A DNA stretch of 54,269 nt from a virus (IMGVR_UViG_3300034375_013642:1-54269), one strand, 5' to 3'. Shown: positions 8,458 to 16,632, counted from the stretch's first letter. Notes: generated from the sequence alone by a model not told the origin. Translations and numbers: made by a program.

Positions 8458-10188
8458 TTAGGCGGCAATGCGCTGTTCGAGGCTGCCGATGTGGGCAATC
8501 AGGGTGGTGCAGATGCGGGCAAAGTCCGAGGCGCGGTAGAGCACCGCAGCGCGATCGCGGCCGACCGACTCGATGCCGATGCTGCGCAAGAAGTCAGCCG
8601 TCAGCGAGAAGCCGAGGCGGGCGTTGACGTCGCCCAGCTTGATGCGCTGGCCATCGTCGACCGGTTGAGCGGGGGCATCCGAAGCTGTTGGCAGAAGGCT
8701 GATTGCTTCCGACACTGGCGCAACGGATGCGACGTCGCTGACCGGCTCGGCTGCTGCCGGTTGTGCCTGAGGTGGCTCGACGACTTTTGCGGCCTGTTCC
8801 GCAGCGGCCCGATCGGCTTGCTCCTTCTGCTCCTGCTCCAGCCGCTGGCGTTCTTCCTCGCGGATTCGCTCGCGCTCAGCTTCGGCGCGCGCCTCGGCCT
8901 TGGTCTGCTCGGCGGCTTCGTGCTCTGCAATACGCCCCTTCACGATGGCGGTCAGCGCTTCGTTGTCCTTCAGAACCAGCTGCTGCGCATCGGTGAACAG
9001 ATACGCATGGTTCGCGGCGAGCTCGCGCAGGCTGGCTAGGTTCGTTTCGATGGCCTCGGCGGTGGCGTTGGCTTCGATCTTCACCCGGGCGAGCTCGGTG
9101 TCGGCGGCGTCCTGCAGGGTAGCGATGGTGCGCTTGCCCTTCATTACGCCGGCAAAGTCCGCGCGTATCAGTGGCAGCTGCACCTTGCCCAGGCGCTTGT
9201 TGATGGCGGCGATGTGCGCAGCGAATGCGGTCTCGGCGCTGTTCTTGATCTCCAGCCGGCGCGTTTCCTTCATGGCCTTGACTAGCTTGTCCAGCTCGAG
9301 CCGCGTGCGGCGGGCCTCGGCGGTGATATCGTCGAGCGTGCTGAACAGCCTGTCGATGCTCTCGGTCTGGCTGAGGGCGTGCTGCTTGGCGGCCTTCAGC
9401 TTGTCCTCGACCTCGCCGCACCACTTCACAGCTTGTTCCGCGTCGGCGAAGTCCTGGTCCGTCACTAGCTCGCGGTTGATTGAGCCAATGACGTCCAGCG
9501 CGTGGGCCTTGAAGGCGTCCAGGTTGCTGTTGGTGACCATGCCAGTGACTTCGATGCGCAGCGCTGGCAGGGTTTCCGGCGTGCGGCCAACGGCCTTGGG
9601 CGCGGCTGGCGCTTCCGGCTCGAATGTCGCCAAGTCTTCCTCGAACTGTTTCCAGCCAGCCAGGATCTGTTCGATACGGCCCGGTACCGGCCGATACTCG
9701 AGGTGGTGGCAATTCTCTTCGGTACCGTCCGAGCAAACGAAGATCACGCGCTGGGCGCCGCTGACATACAGCTGCTGCTCCAGCTGGACCCAATAGTGGG
9801 CTTCCAGCTCGCCGGCGGCGATCTGCTGGATCAGGGACTGGTTGAGCGCCTTGTGCTCGAACAGGGTGTCGCCGAGCATGGTCATGCCGTCCATGCTTGC
9901 CAGCAGGTTGCCGAGCGTGCCAACCACCGGATACAGGTCTTCTCCGATCATCCGCTCCACGATTGGTCGGGCCATGGCTTCAGTAGCGTGGCCGTTGTCG
10001 AACAGGCGCTGAGTGGCGGCATCGACCTCGGGCGCCAAGCCCGTCTTCTTCTGCTGAAGCAGATCAGAGCGGCTTTGGTACTTGGAAACGCCAAGCATGG
10101 CCGGCGCTTCCGAGGCGGTGAAGTGCTCCGCGCGCAGGGCGTGCCACTCTGGCGAACCCTGCTGTACGTCGTGAATGATCATGCTCAT
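8458..10188 (-). CDS. YqaJ-like viral exonuclease with long coiled-coil C-terminus
   Basis: QGSPEWHALR, TASEA, GHATE, ASMDG, FEHK and VQLEQQL motifs. Confidence 0.9.
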   Translation of the reverse strand: MSMIIHDVQQGSPEWHALRAEHFTASEAPAMLGVSKYQSRSDLLQQKKTGLAPEVDAATQRLFDNGHATEAMARPIVERMIGEDLYPVVGTLGNLLASMDGMTMLGDTLFEHKALNQSLIQQIAAGELEAHYWVQLEQQLYVSGAQRVIFVCSDGTEENCHHLEYRPVPGRIEQILAGWKQFEEDLATFEPEAPAAPKAVGRTPETLPALRIEVTGMVTNSNLDAFKAHALDVIGSINRELVTDQDFADAEQAVKWCGEVEDKLKAAKQHALSQTESIDRLFSTLDDITAEARRTRLELDKLVKAMKETRRLEIKNSAETAFAAHIAAINKRLGKVQLPLIRADFAGVMKGKRTIATLQDAADTELARVKIEANATAEAIETNLASLRELAANHAYLFTDAQQLVLKDNEALTAIVKGRIAEHEAAEQTKAEARAEAERERIREEERQRLEQEQKEQADRAAAEQAAKVVEPPQAQPAAAEPVSDVASVAPVSEAISLLPTASDAPAQPVDDGQRIKLGDVNARLGFSLTADFLRSIGIESVGRDRAAVLYRASDFARICTTLIAHIGSLEQRIAA

Positions 10189-11075
10189 GCGTCAGATACC
10201 TCAAGGTCGCGGATGGCTTGTTTTTGCTCTTCGGTCAGTGCGACCTTAGAAGCGGACATTTTGATGATGCGTTCGGCGGTGGTTTTGCCGCCCTCGATCA
10301 GGTCTTTCCAGTCGGCCAGCTTCGTGGCGAACTCGGTGTCGTCGTAACTGGGGAGGGCGGTAGCGCCGGCCGCTGGCGTCGGCTTAACGACGTCCGCGGC
10401 GCCCATGTCCAGAACGCCTGGTTTGGAATCTTCCAGTTCGTCAGGGCTGTACACGCCAAGGATCACGTCGGGGCAATACAGGCGGGACCAGCGCTTGGTG
10501 GCGAGATACGCCAGTTGCTGGCGCGGATCGTCCGCCCAAAGCGTGCTGTTGCGGGTACGGGCCTGGGCAAGCAGCAGCTCCAGGACGCGGGGCTCTTCTT
10601 CGCCGCGGAAGGTGGCCCAGACTCGAACGCCCAAGCCTTCCTCGTCGGCCAGCTTCCATCCGGGCTGGCGATACTCGCCCTTGTCGCCGGTCTTGATGAC
10701 GAACTTGCCGACCACCTTGGTCCAGTCGCCGAACCACTCGTAGTGGAGGCGATCCTTTACCGGCGCGCAGCTGGTGATTACCGCGTTGACCAGCTGCGCT
10801 TCGTAGCCGAGCACGCCGTTCACCAGGTGCGTTTTCTGCGCCACGGCAAACGGGTTCATCTGCCACTGCATAGCTTGCATGATCACGGCGAGGCAATCGG
10901 CAGGGTTGCTGTTGAAGTGCTTGGGCAACGTGGCGCGGCCCGTGGCCATCACATCGGCCAGCTTCATCATTTTGTTCAGGCTGTTGCCATCGAGGACGAG
11001 CGCACTCGTACTGGTCGCCGCGTGCGGCAGGGTGTTGAGCGGCGTTTCGTGCGTAACTTCCGTCATTGCAGTCAT
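10185..11075 (-). CDS. recT: RecT-family single-strand annealing protein
   Basis: PADCLAVIMQAMQWQMNPFAVAQKT, WADDPRQQLAY, PDVILGVYSPDEL; coupled to the exonuclease. Confidence 0.88.
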   Translation of the reverse strand: MTAMTEVTHETPLNTLPHAATSTSALVLDGNSLNKMMKLADVMATGRATLPKHFNSNPADCLAVIMQAMQWQMNPFAVAQKTHLVNGVLGYEAQLVNAVITSCAPVKDRLHYEWFGDWTKVVGKFVIKTGDKGEYRQPGWKLADEEGLGVRVWATFRGEEEPRVLELLLAQARTRNSTLWADDPRQQLAYLATKRWSRLYCPDVILGVYSPDELEDSKPGVLDMGAADVVKPTPAAGATALPSYDDTEFATKLADWKDLIEGGKTTAERIIKMSASKVALTEEQKQAIRDLEVSDA

Positions 11076-11130
11076 AGAAAGCTCCAGGCGCACAGCCTCA
11101 CGGGCTGGCGCTTCGGTCAGTTGGGTACGG

Positions 11131-11232
11131 TCAGGAAAAGGTGTGTTCGATGATCAGCCGACCGGCGATCGCCAGGCTGAAGAGGCTCATCGCGGCGAAG
11201 CCGCAGCAAAGCAGAAGGGCTCGTTCGGTCAT
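11131..11232 (-). CDS. 33-aa single-TM microprotein
   Basis: MTERALLLCCGFAAMSLFSLAIAGRLIIEHTFS; ATGA coupling and SD. Confidence 0.55.
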   Translation of the reverse strand: MTERALLLCCGFAAMSLFSLAIAGRLIIEHTFS

Positions 11233-11345
11233 CCAGTGATCTCCCCAGCAAGTGCGCTCAGGTAGATCCAGCCGGTGAACACGGCCAAGGCGAGCGCAAA
11301 ACCGCGCCAGAAGGCGTAGCGCTTGGCGCGCTGATAGCGAGTCAT
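11229..11345 (-). CDS. 38-aa single-TM microprotein
   Basis: MTRYQRAKRYAFWRGFALALAVFTGWIYLSALAGEITG; ATGA coupling. Confidence 0.65.
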   Translation of the reverse strand: MTRYQRAKRYAFWRGFALALAVFTGWIYLSALAGEITG

Positions 11346-11443
11346 ACGCCCCCCAGCAGGCCAACATGGACCAGGTAGGCGAGGAAGGGGGTCACGACGA
11401 ACAGTAGGCCGGCGGCCCCTGCGACTTCCTTCAGAGCGTGCAT
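11342..11443 (-). CDS. 33-aa single-TM microprotein (absent from the ORF track)
   Basis: MHALKEVAGAAGLLFVVTPFLAYLVHVGLLGGV; GGGAG SD. Confidence 0.6.
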   Translation of the reverse strand: MHALKEVAGAAGLLFVVTPFLAYLVHVGLLGGV

Positions 11444-11853
11444 GGCTGCAGCTCCCGGTTGCGATGTGAGAAAGCGTTGTGACGCAGATCAGTGAGCCGG
11501 TCGTACGCGGGGTACCGGATGACGCCAAACACCAGCGCCGCAGTGATCATCCCGTCCGCAAAGCGGTCCCGGTACAGCAGGGCGTCGAAGTTCTCCGCCT
11601 CACGAATGGCGTGAAGCTGAAACGCGATCCGGGCAAACCCGCATTCGGTTGGGTTGCCGCTGGTCCTGGCCCGCATGTCTTGAGCGAGGCGGTTCGCGAC
11701 GCGCACCGCCTTGGCCTTGCGTAGCGACTCCTGAAGCCGCTTTTCAATGGTGCGCTCTGCCGTTGGGCTCAGATACTTGGCCGCAGCCCCGTAGCTGCCC
11801 GCATTCGCACGGTCGCGATTGCGCGCCGTATATACCTGTTCTGGATTGCTCAT
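11431..11853 (-). CDS. Hypothetical phage protein
   Basis: 140-aa ORF with GAGGG SD. Confidence 0.7.
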   Translation of the reverse strand: MSNPEQVYTARNRDRANAGSYGAAAKYLSPTAERTIEKRLQESLRKAKAVRVANRLAQDMRARTSGNPTECGFARIAFQLHAIREAENFDALLYRDRFADGMITAALVFGVIRYPAYDRLTDLRHNAFSHRNRELQPCTL

Positions 11854-12254
11854 CGCATTTCCCTCGCTGTTGGCGCCAATCAGGCAGCCGCCTCTTTCAT
11901 TGCAGGACCAATGCTATGAGGTGGAGGGGAAGCGGCTGTCTCGATGGGCGCTTGTGTTGATGTGCGGCTCGTTGAGCTTGAAGAGGCCAGCCCGCGCAAG
12001 GCGAGCCGGCTTCTTTTCATCGGAGGCCCGCTTCTGGCGTCGGCCGCCGATGTGAATCGGATGTCGCTACGCTTACCACGCCGTCGTTTCCCGATTGGCG
12101 CAGCTTGCTTCGCGGGTTCCACAAAGATCTGAGGTTGATACGGCTCCGTTCAGGGAGGCTCCTGCCTATACCCGGGCTAACTACCTTTCCCACTTTGTGG
12201 TGCGTTGCGTAACTTGTTAAAGAGCGTTCGAGGGACCAGTAGGGCTCTCTCGAA

Positions 12255-12316
12255 TCTGCGCAAAGCGCAGAACACGGGTGCATTATGCGCAGAACCAAAT
12301 CTGCGTCAAGCGCAGA
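12255..12316 (-). promoter_or_regulatory. pL-like promoter with repressor operators (TCTGCG-N5-CGCAGA)
   Basis: Palindromes at 12255-12271 and 12300-12316, degenerate copy at 12277-12293; minus-strand TTGACG-N16-CATAAT overlaps them. Confidence 0.8.
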
Positions 12317-12323
12317 ATTACAG

Positions 12324-12352
12324 AAAATAAAAAACCCGCTCATTGGCGGGCT
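12324..12352 (-). terminator. Intrinsic terminator insulating pL
   Basis: Minus strand CCCGC-caatga-GCGGG followed by TTTTTTATTTT. Confidence 0.75.
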
Positions 12353-12369
12353 GGGTGGCGCAATGAATG

Positions 12370-12606
12370 TCACTCGAGCGGCACGTACCACACCAGGTGC
12401 ACGCTTCCATCCGGCCTGGCGTTGAGTTTCACGCCTTCGGCGTCGCGGATTTCGTCGAGCAACCTATCCCAGTCATCCGGTTGATCGCTTGGCTCGCGAT
12501 GGATGACGGCTTGATGTTCATAGCGTGCGCGGGGCGTGCTGATAAGGCTCTGCACCCGAAGAGCGAGTGATCGATACGTGTCGGGGGAGTGGCTTTGCTG
12601 TTCCAT
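12370..12606 (-). CDS. DUF1654-like protein
   Basis: YRSLALRVQSLISTPRA...WDRLLDEI...DGSVHLVW pattern. Confidence 0.75.
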   Translation of the reverse strand: MEQQSHSPDTYRSLALRVQSLISTPRARYEHQAVIHREPSDQPDDWDRLLDEIRDAEGVKLNARPDGSVHLVWYVPLE

Positions 12607-12623
12607 GAAGGTTGGCCCTGAAT

Positions 12624-12639
12624 TTGTACATACATACAG
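12624..12639 (-). promoter_or_regulatory. LexA (SOS) box-like site
   Basis: CTGTATGTATGTACAA, one mismatch from CTGT-N8-ACAG, between the divergent DUF1654-like and SRAP-like genes. Confidence 0.6.
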
Positions 12640-12779
12640 TATCGGCAGCCAATTCCGTCACTCAAGACTTAATCCTTTTTGCCCGTGTGGTTATGTCAAC
12701 TTTCCACGCAGGACTTCCGAACCATGCCACGGTCTGCTGCGTCTACGCTGATACAGATCATTGCGAGGGGAGCGAAACC

Positions 12780-13205
12780 ATGTGTGGTGGCGTAGAGGCT
12801 CGCGATGCCGAGCGGTCATTCAAGGTTTATTTTCCCAGCCCCAAGGCCGCGTTCCCTGTGATGCTAGAAGGCGGAGAAGCGCTTGGCTGGGTGAAATGGG
12901 GCAAGAGAAAGGAGGAGGCAGGCAGCGGCCCGCAAGGCGGCTGGGCGCGCCTGGAGACGGTCGAGCCGGGAGGTTGGGACAAGTACCGCCCGCAGCGTGC
13001 GTTTGGGTTGATAGACCGCTATATGGAGAAGGACGCCAGCCGGAAGTCGCACTGGTTCGATATGCAGCCTGGCTATGGCTTGGACTGTCTGGTGCTGGGC
13101 GAGGGTGAGCATCGACGCGTCTATGTCGTAACCAGCACGCCGCCCGAAGCCTATGCCTGGATCCATGATCGCTGGCCCATGGTGCGGAACGTAGAGACTG
13201 ATTAG
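12780..13205 (+). CDS. Minimal SRAP (SOS response-associated peptidase)-like protein
   Basis: Starts MCG (catalytic Cys2), WG, ARLET, and IHDRWP at the C-terminus. Confidence 0.75.
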   Translation: MCGGVEARDAERSFKVYFPSPKAAFPVMLEGGEALGWVKWGKRKEEAGSGPQGGWARLETVEPGGWDKYRPQRAFGLIDRYMEKDASRKSHWFDMQPGYGLDCLVLGEGEHRRVYVVTSTPPEAYAWIHDRWPMVRNVETD

Positions 13206-13505
13206 TCTGCCCGCCATAAGCGCAGCGACGAAATCGGAAACGCCGTCGGTGCTGCTTCTCAACAGGTCGAGACGGCTTTTCACTCACTGAGCTGTATCCC
13301 GCCTAACTTCCTGGCTAGCCCCGTCTGGCAGGCTTTTCACAGCGGCGCCGGTGGTAGGTTGATCCCAGCGAAGCTGGTATATCAGGTTGGGGAGGGCATC
13401 GCGATGCCGTCAGGGCTGATCCTAGAAGTTCCCAATCACCATAGGCCAACTGCAAAAAGTCCAGCAAACGCAGCCCTTTAAGGGGCTGATTTGAAAACAA
13501 CTTTC

Positions 13506-13955
13506 TTAGCCGGCCGGAAACACTGTGTTATCAGGGGCCAAATCCAACCGTAGGCTCGGGCCGCGAAGTTCGCCCGATTCCGTATAGGCTCTTAGTGTGA
13601 TTTTCCCAGGCTCCGTGAGGACGAGCGGAGAGAAAACGAAGTTAAAGGATAATTTCTGCCGGAGCTGGTGCTGATTGATGTCAGTGTCAGGCGCTGGAGG
13701 TGTCGCCTGAGTTAGTTCGTCTTCCGAAACGGAAACTTCCGCTAGCGTCGAGTCGTTGTGAAGCACGACAAAGCGCATCTCTTTAAACGGGTTTTCTGCG
13801 GGTGTAGATATGGCAACGTGAAGGCACAGCTTTGGGAGCGTGACCGGCATGGTTTCAACCATAAGCGATCCGGTATAGATGCCCATTAGAGAAAATTTGC
13901 CTCCGACCTCATGTCGGATGTCGTCGCAATACGTAGCAGTAATGTATCTAGTCAT
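13506..13955 (-). CDS. DUF6941-like beta-rich protein, third gene of a TA-like operon
   Basis: YCDDIRHEVGGKFSLMGIY...LTEPG pattern; overlaps the antitoxin stop; alternative TTG 13967. Confidence 0.7.
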   Translation of the reverse strand: MTRYITATYCDDIRHEVGGKFSLMGIYTGSLMVETMPVTLPKLCLHVAISTPAENPFKEMRFVVLHNDSTLAEVSVSEDELTQATPPAPDTDINQHQLRQKLSFNFVFSPLVLTEPGKITLRAYTESGELRGPSLRLDLAPDNTVFPAG

Positions 13956-14448
13956 TTGAAGTGCCAATTTCGGTGCCTTCCGCTAGGGCTGCGATCATGC
14001 TTACGTCTACGCGGAGTGCTTTCGAAAGTTTGATCGCTGTGCCTATCATCATTGCTTCTGGTCGGTTTTCGATACGGGCTATGTGCGACTGGCTGGTCCC
14101 GAGTTCCTTTGCAAGTTGCGTTTGAGAAATTCCTCTATTCATCCGCAACGAGCGTAAAGTTATGCGCCCTTTATTAATCTCTTTACCTAACGACTTCGTG
14201 GCATCTGCAAGCAAATCCCCAAAGCCATCGACTTCCTTAGTCAGAAGCTCGGCAAAGTCGGAGATTCCAACTAAGCCTGTGTTATTCGCGTTTAAGTTTT
14301 CGGCCGTCTTGAACATGTAGGTTACAGGCTGCACGAAATGTGTTGTCGGCCGAGCCTGTATAGCAGTACTGCTGAAGAAAAATTCTTTATTCGCAATACT
14401 CAAAGTATTCTCTGAGTATTCTTTGCGTATCAGGGTGGCTTGTAACAT
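13948..14448 (-). CDS. XRE-family HTH antitoxin (HigA-like) with N-terminal extension; start uncertain (alternative TTG 14403)
   Basis: LRSLRMNRGISQTQLAKELGTSQSHIARIEN. Confidence 0.8.
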   Translation of the reverse strand: MLQATLIRKEYSENTLSIANKEFFFSSTAIQARPTTHFVQPVTYMFKTAENLNANNTGLVGISDFAELLTKEVDGFGDLLADATKSLGKEINKGRITLRSLRMNRGISQTQLAKELGTSQSHIARIENRPEAMMIGTAIKLSKALRVDVSMIAALAEGTEIGTSND

Positions 14449-14794
14449 AGCAATGATCTCGATGTACTATTCCGAGTACATAATATGCTTGCTCTCGCAT
14501 TGCATATCCGTAAATAACTCTATAGCGAAGTAAAGATCTTTTGGAGTCGATAACCTTAAGTCGCCAGAGATTTCTTCCTTTTCTGTAGTGCTCCCACCAA
14601 TGTTTGACATTGAAATCATGTTCAGTTTCAGGGAACACATCCTCAAAATCATGGATGGTCAGTGCATCTAGCAGCGATGGGTCGCCTTGAATTTCTTGCA
14701 ACACGGCGACGATCATTGCCGCTGCTGGCCCGTCTGTAGTGGCTAGCCGCCTGAGATCGGCCTGCGCGCCAGGCGCAAGACTAAGCGTGAACAT
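14387..14794 (-). CDS. RelE/HigB-like toxin
   Basis: LAPGAQADLRRL N-terminus, LWRLKV, RYRVIY, VLGIVHRD; lies upstream of the HTH gene. Confidence 0.75.
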   Translation of the reverse strand: MFTLSLAPGAQADLRRLATTDGPAAAMIVAVLQEIQGDPSLLDALTIHDFEDVFPETEHDFNVKHWWEHYRKGRNLWRLKVIDSKRSLLRYRVIYGYAMREQAYYVLGIVHRDHCYVTSHPDTQRILREYFEYCE

Positions 14795-14812
14795 TATACC
14801 TTCCGAGGTATA
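14795..14812 (-). promoter_or_regulatory. Palindrome/hairpin covering the toxin RBS
   Basis: Minus strand TATACCT-CGGA-AGGTATA immediately followed by ATG. Confidence 0.7.
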
Positions 14813-14923
14813 GAAGCAAATTTGATATCACCGTTTGGCTGGACTGCGCCGCGGCTTGCATCTCCATGTCGCGCTACCTCTGTTTTGATCAAGCGGTGCT
14901 GTTGCGGAGCGCCACACCGCCGC

Positions 14924-15130
14924 TCAGGCCTCTTCCAGCTCGCTCCGCAATATCTGCAGGTCGAGCGGTGCTTCGATCGCGATCTGAGCGCGACTGCCCT
15001 CAATGCCTTTTACCGTCACGGTGATGCCGTCCAGCAGAAGCTGAGCTAACAGGTCGTCAGCGTTTGTGCCCGGCTGAACGCGCAGCGTGATCTTTTCGCC
15101 TTCGCGGCGGGTGAGTACTAGATTGCTCAT
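14924..15130 (-). CDS. csrA: CsrA/RsmA-family RNA-binding protein with an internal insertion
   Basis: LVLTRREGEKI...GITVTV...IAIEAP...ILRSEL; retains the Arg of the HREE-like motif. Confidence 0.88.
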   Translation of the reverse strand: MSNLVLTRREGEKITLRVQPGTNADDLLAQLLLDGITVTVKGIEGSRAQIAIEAPLDLQILRSELEEA

Positions 15131-15135
15131 GGTTT

Positions 15136-15147
15136 CGCTTCCTTGCG
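15136..15147 (-). promoter_or_regulatory. Consensus CsrA-binding hairpin on the csrA SD
   Basis: CGC-AAGGAA-GCG matches CANGGANG with a hexaloop, 5 nt before the ATG. Confidence 0.55.
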
Positions 15148-15154
15148 TTTGATT

Positions 15155-15685
15155 TCAGGACTTAGTGAAAGAAAAGCCTTTCACATTTTGAGCGTCGATG
15201 TGCAACTCTCCGTTTCGCACGCCTACAGTCACAGAGATGCCTTGCTTCATCGCCTCGGTGAACGCTGCGATGTCGGGCTCGCCCTTTAACGTCACTGTGA
15301 TGTCCTGCCCCTCAGCCAGGACGAGCGGGATCTTCTTGCGATCAGGCTTTATGAGAAAAAGTACGCAGGTGAAGCACAGTGCTGCATAGCAGACCAGGTT
15401 GAAGGCGCTCAGCAAAAACTGAAACACGTCGCGGCGTGTCATGGGTTCCAAGCTTGTTCGAAACTCGAAAATTTCGCGTGCAGACGTCCAAACGATCGCG
15501 CCCGCCAAGACTCCCATCCCAAAGATAAACGCCTTGGCCAGGATCTTCACGGTTACCGGTTTGGCGCGCTGCAGGTGGGCTAAGAGCCAAGCGCGAAAGT
15601 TTGCCCGGCGGACATCGCCGGCCGAACCATACGTCCAGGCCGCTCCGGCGACAGCTACTATTGCTGGTATGGCTTCCCAGATCAT
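15155..15685 (-). CDS. Membrane protein (2-3 TM) with C-terminal degenerate CsrA-like domain
   Basis: Hydrophobic segments followed by LVLAEGQDIT...GISVTVG, aligning by eye to the neighbouring CsrA. Confidence 0.7.
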   Translation of the reverse strand: MIWEAIPAIVAVAGAAWTYGSAGDVRRANFRAWLLAHLQRAKPVTVKILAKAFIFGMGVLAGAIVWTSAREIFEFRTSLEPMTRRDVFQFLLSAFNLVCYAALCFTCVLFLIKPDRKKIPLVLAEGQDITVTLKGEPDIAAFTEAMKQGISVTVGVRNGELHIDAQNVKGFSFTKS

Positions 15686-15708
15686 TACTGTTCCCAGGCC
15701 GTTCCGAT

Positions 15709-15975
15709 TCAGTCGTCCATCTCTAGGGTTCGGTACTCGCCGCTGTCGTGGTCGTAGACTTCAACCTCAACCGATGAGCCATAGCTGGACATCGACTCGA
15801 CATCCGCGGACAGGTACTCCCCAGAATCGTGATCGTAGAATTCGATGGTTTCGCCAGGCCTGACCAGATTGCCGCTCTCAATCTCGACGGAGGCGCCGGA
15901 CTCTGAGTCATAGCCATCCCAAGCTAGCGCCGAAAAAGGTAGCAAGCCTGCCAGTACCGCTGCGGTGATCTTCAT
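15709..15975 (-). CDS. Secreted acidic protein (DUF5334-like)
   Basis: Signal peptide ending SALA, mature WDGYD..., internal repeat YDHDSGEY x2; AGGGAGG SD. Confidence 0.8.
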   Translation of the reverse strand: MKITAAVLAGLLPFSALAWDGYDSESGASVEIESGNLVRPGETIEFYDHDSGEYLSADVESMSSYGSSVEVEVYDHDSGEYRTLEMDD

Positions 15976-16005
15976 GACACGCCTCCCTGCGCCCATCGCG
16001 CCTTG

Positions 16006-16632
16006 TTACAGCTTTACCTTCGCTTCCTTAACGACGCCAATCAGTCGGCAGCTGCCGTCGATTGGGATCATCCGGTACGAGGAATTTAAGGGTTTCAAGT
16101 AAAGCTGGCCCGCGTCGCTGACCAGCCTTTTGAAAGTTGCGGTGTTCTCATTGTCCAGCTTGGCGACGACGAGATCGCCAGGTGACGGCGTCAGGCCGGT
16201 GTCGACCAGAATGAGGTGCCCCTCGGGAATGCTAGGAGGCGTGGGCGAGGTCATAGAGTCACCGCTGACCCGCAGCCAGAACGCTGGACCGCGTGCCTGG
16301 TAGTCGGTGAGCTCGAAGGTGTCTTCCGCGCCGGGCTCGTAAGGCTGAACGGCTTCGACCCAGCCGCCGGCCTCGACGGCGCTGACGACCGGATATCGGT
16401 ACAGGCGGTCTGGCTGAGGAGCCATCCCAACGTTGGTCGCCTCGGCGACGCCTTCAGCGAGTGACAGTCCAAGCGCCTCCATTAGCTTCCCAAGTAGCTC
16501 GCGACTAGCGCCTTGCTTGCCTCTTTCCAGGCGCGACAAGTTCCCAGTGTCCGTTCCGACCTGGAGCGCGAGGACTTCGAGGGTTAAGCCTTTGGCCTTC
16601 CTCGCTTTGCGAATCGTATTCCCTATATCCAT
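16006..16632 (-). CDS. cI: CI-like repressor (HTH + S24 autopeptidase)
   Basis: HTH, VEAG cleavage site, VSGDSM, TFKRL; likely leaderless. Confidence 0.93.
   Translation of the reverse strand: MDIGNTIRKARKAKGLTLEVLALQVGTDTGNLSRLERGKQGASRELLGKLMEALGLSLAEGVAEATNVGMAPQPDRLYRYPVVSAVEAGGWVEAVQPYEPGAEDTFELTDYQARGPAFWLRVSGDSMTSPTPPSIPEGHLILVDTGLTPSPGDLVVAKLDNENTATFKRLVSDAGQLYLKPLNSSYRMIPIDGSCRLIGVVKEAKVKL

Noticed and set aside
8095-11153. Long plus-strand ORFs opposite YqaJ/RecT (and similar shadows opposite portal, capsid and the giant gene)
   Set aside because: Antisense shadows expected from high-GC codon bias; no SD or motifs
11880-12122. Possible first pL gene (N-like antiterminator)
   Set aside because: Only short low-complexity ORFs; no convincing Arg-rich motif or nut site, so not called
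13206-13505. Gap between the SRAP-like and DUF6941-like genes as an Rsm-sponge sRNA or gene
   Set aside because: No array of GGA-loop hairpins and no credible ORF; probably remnant sequence
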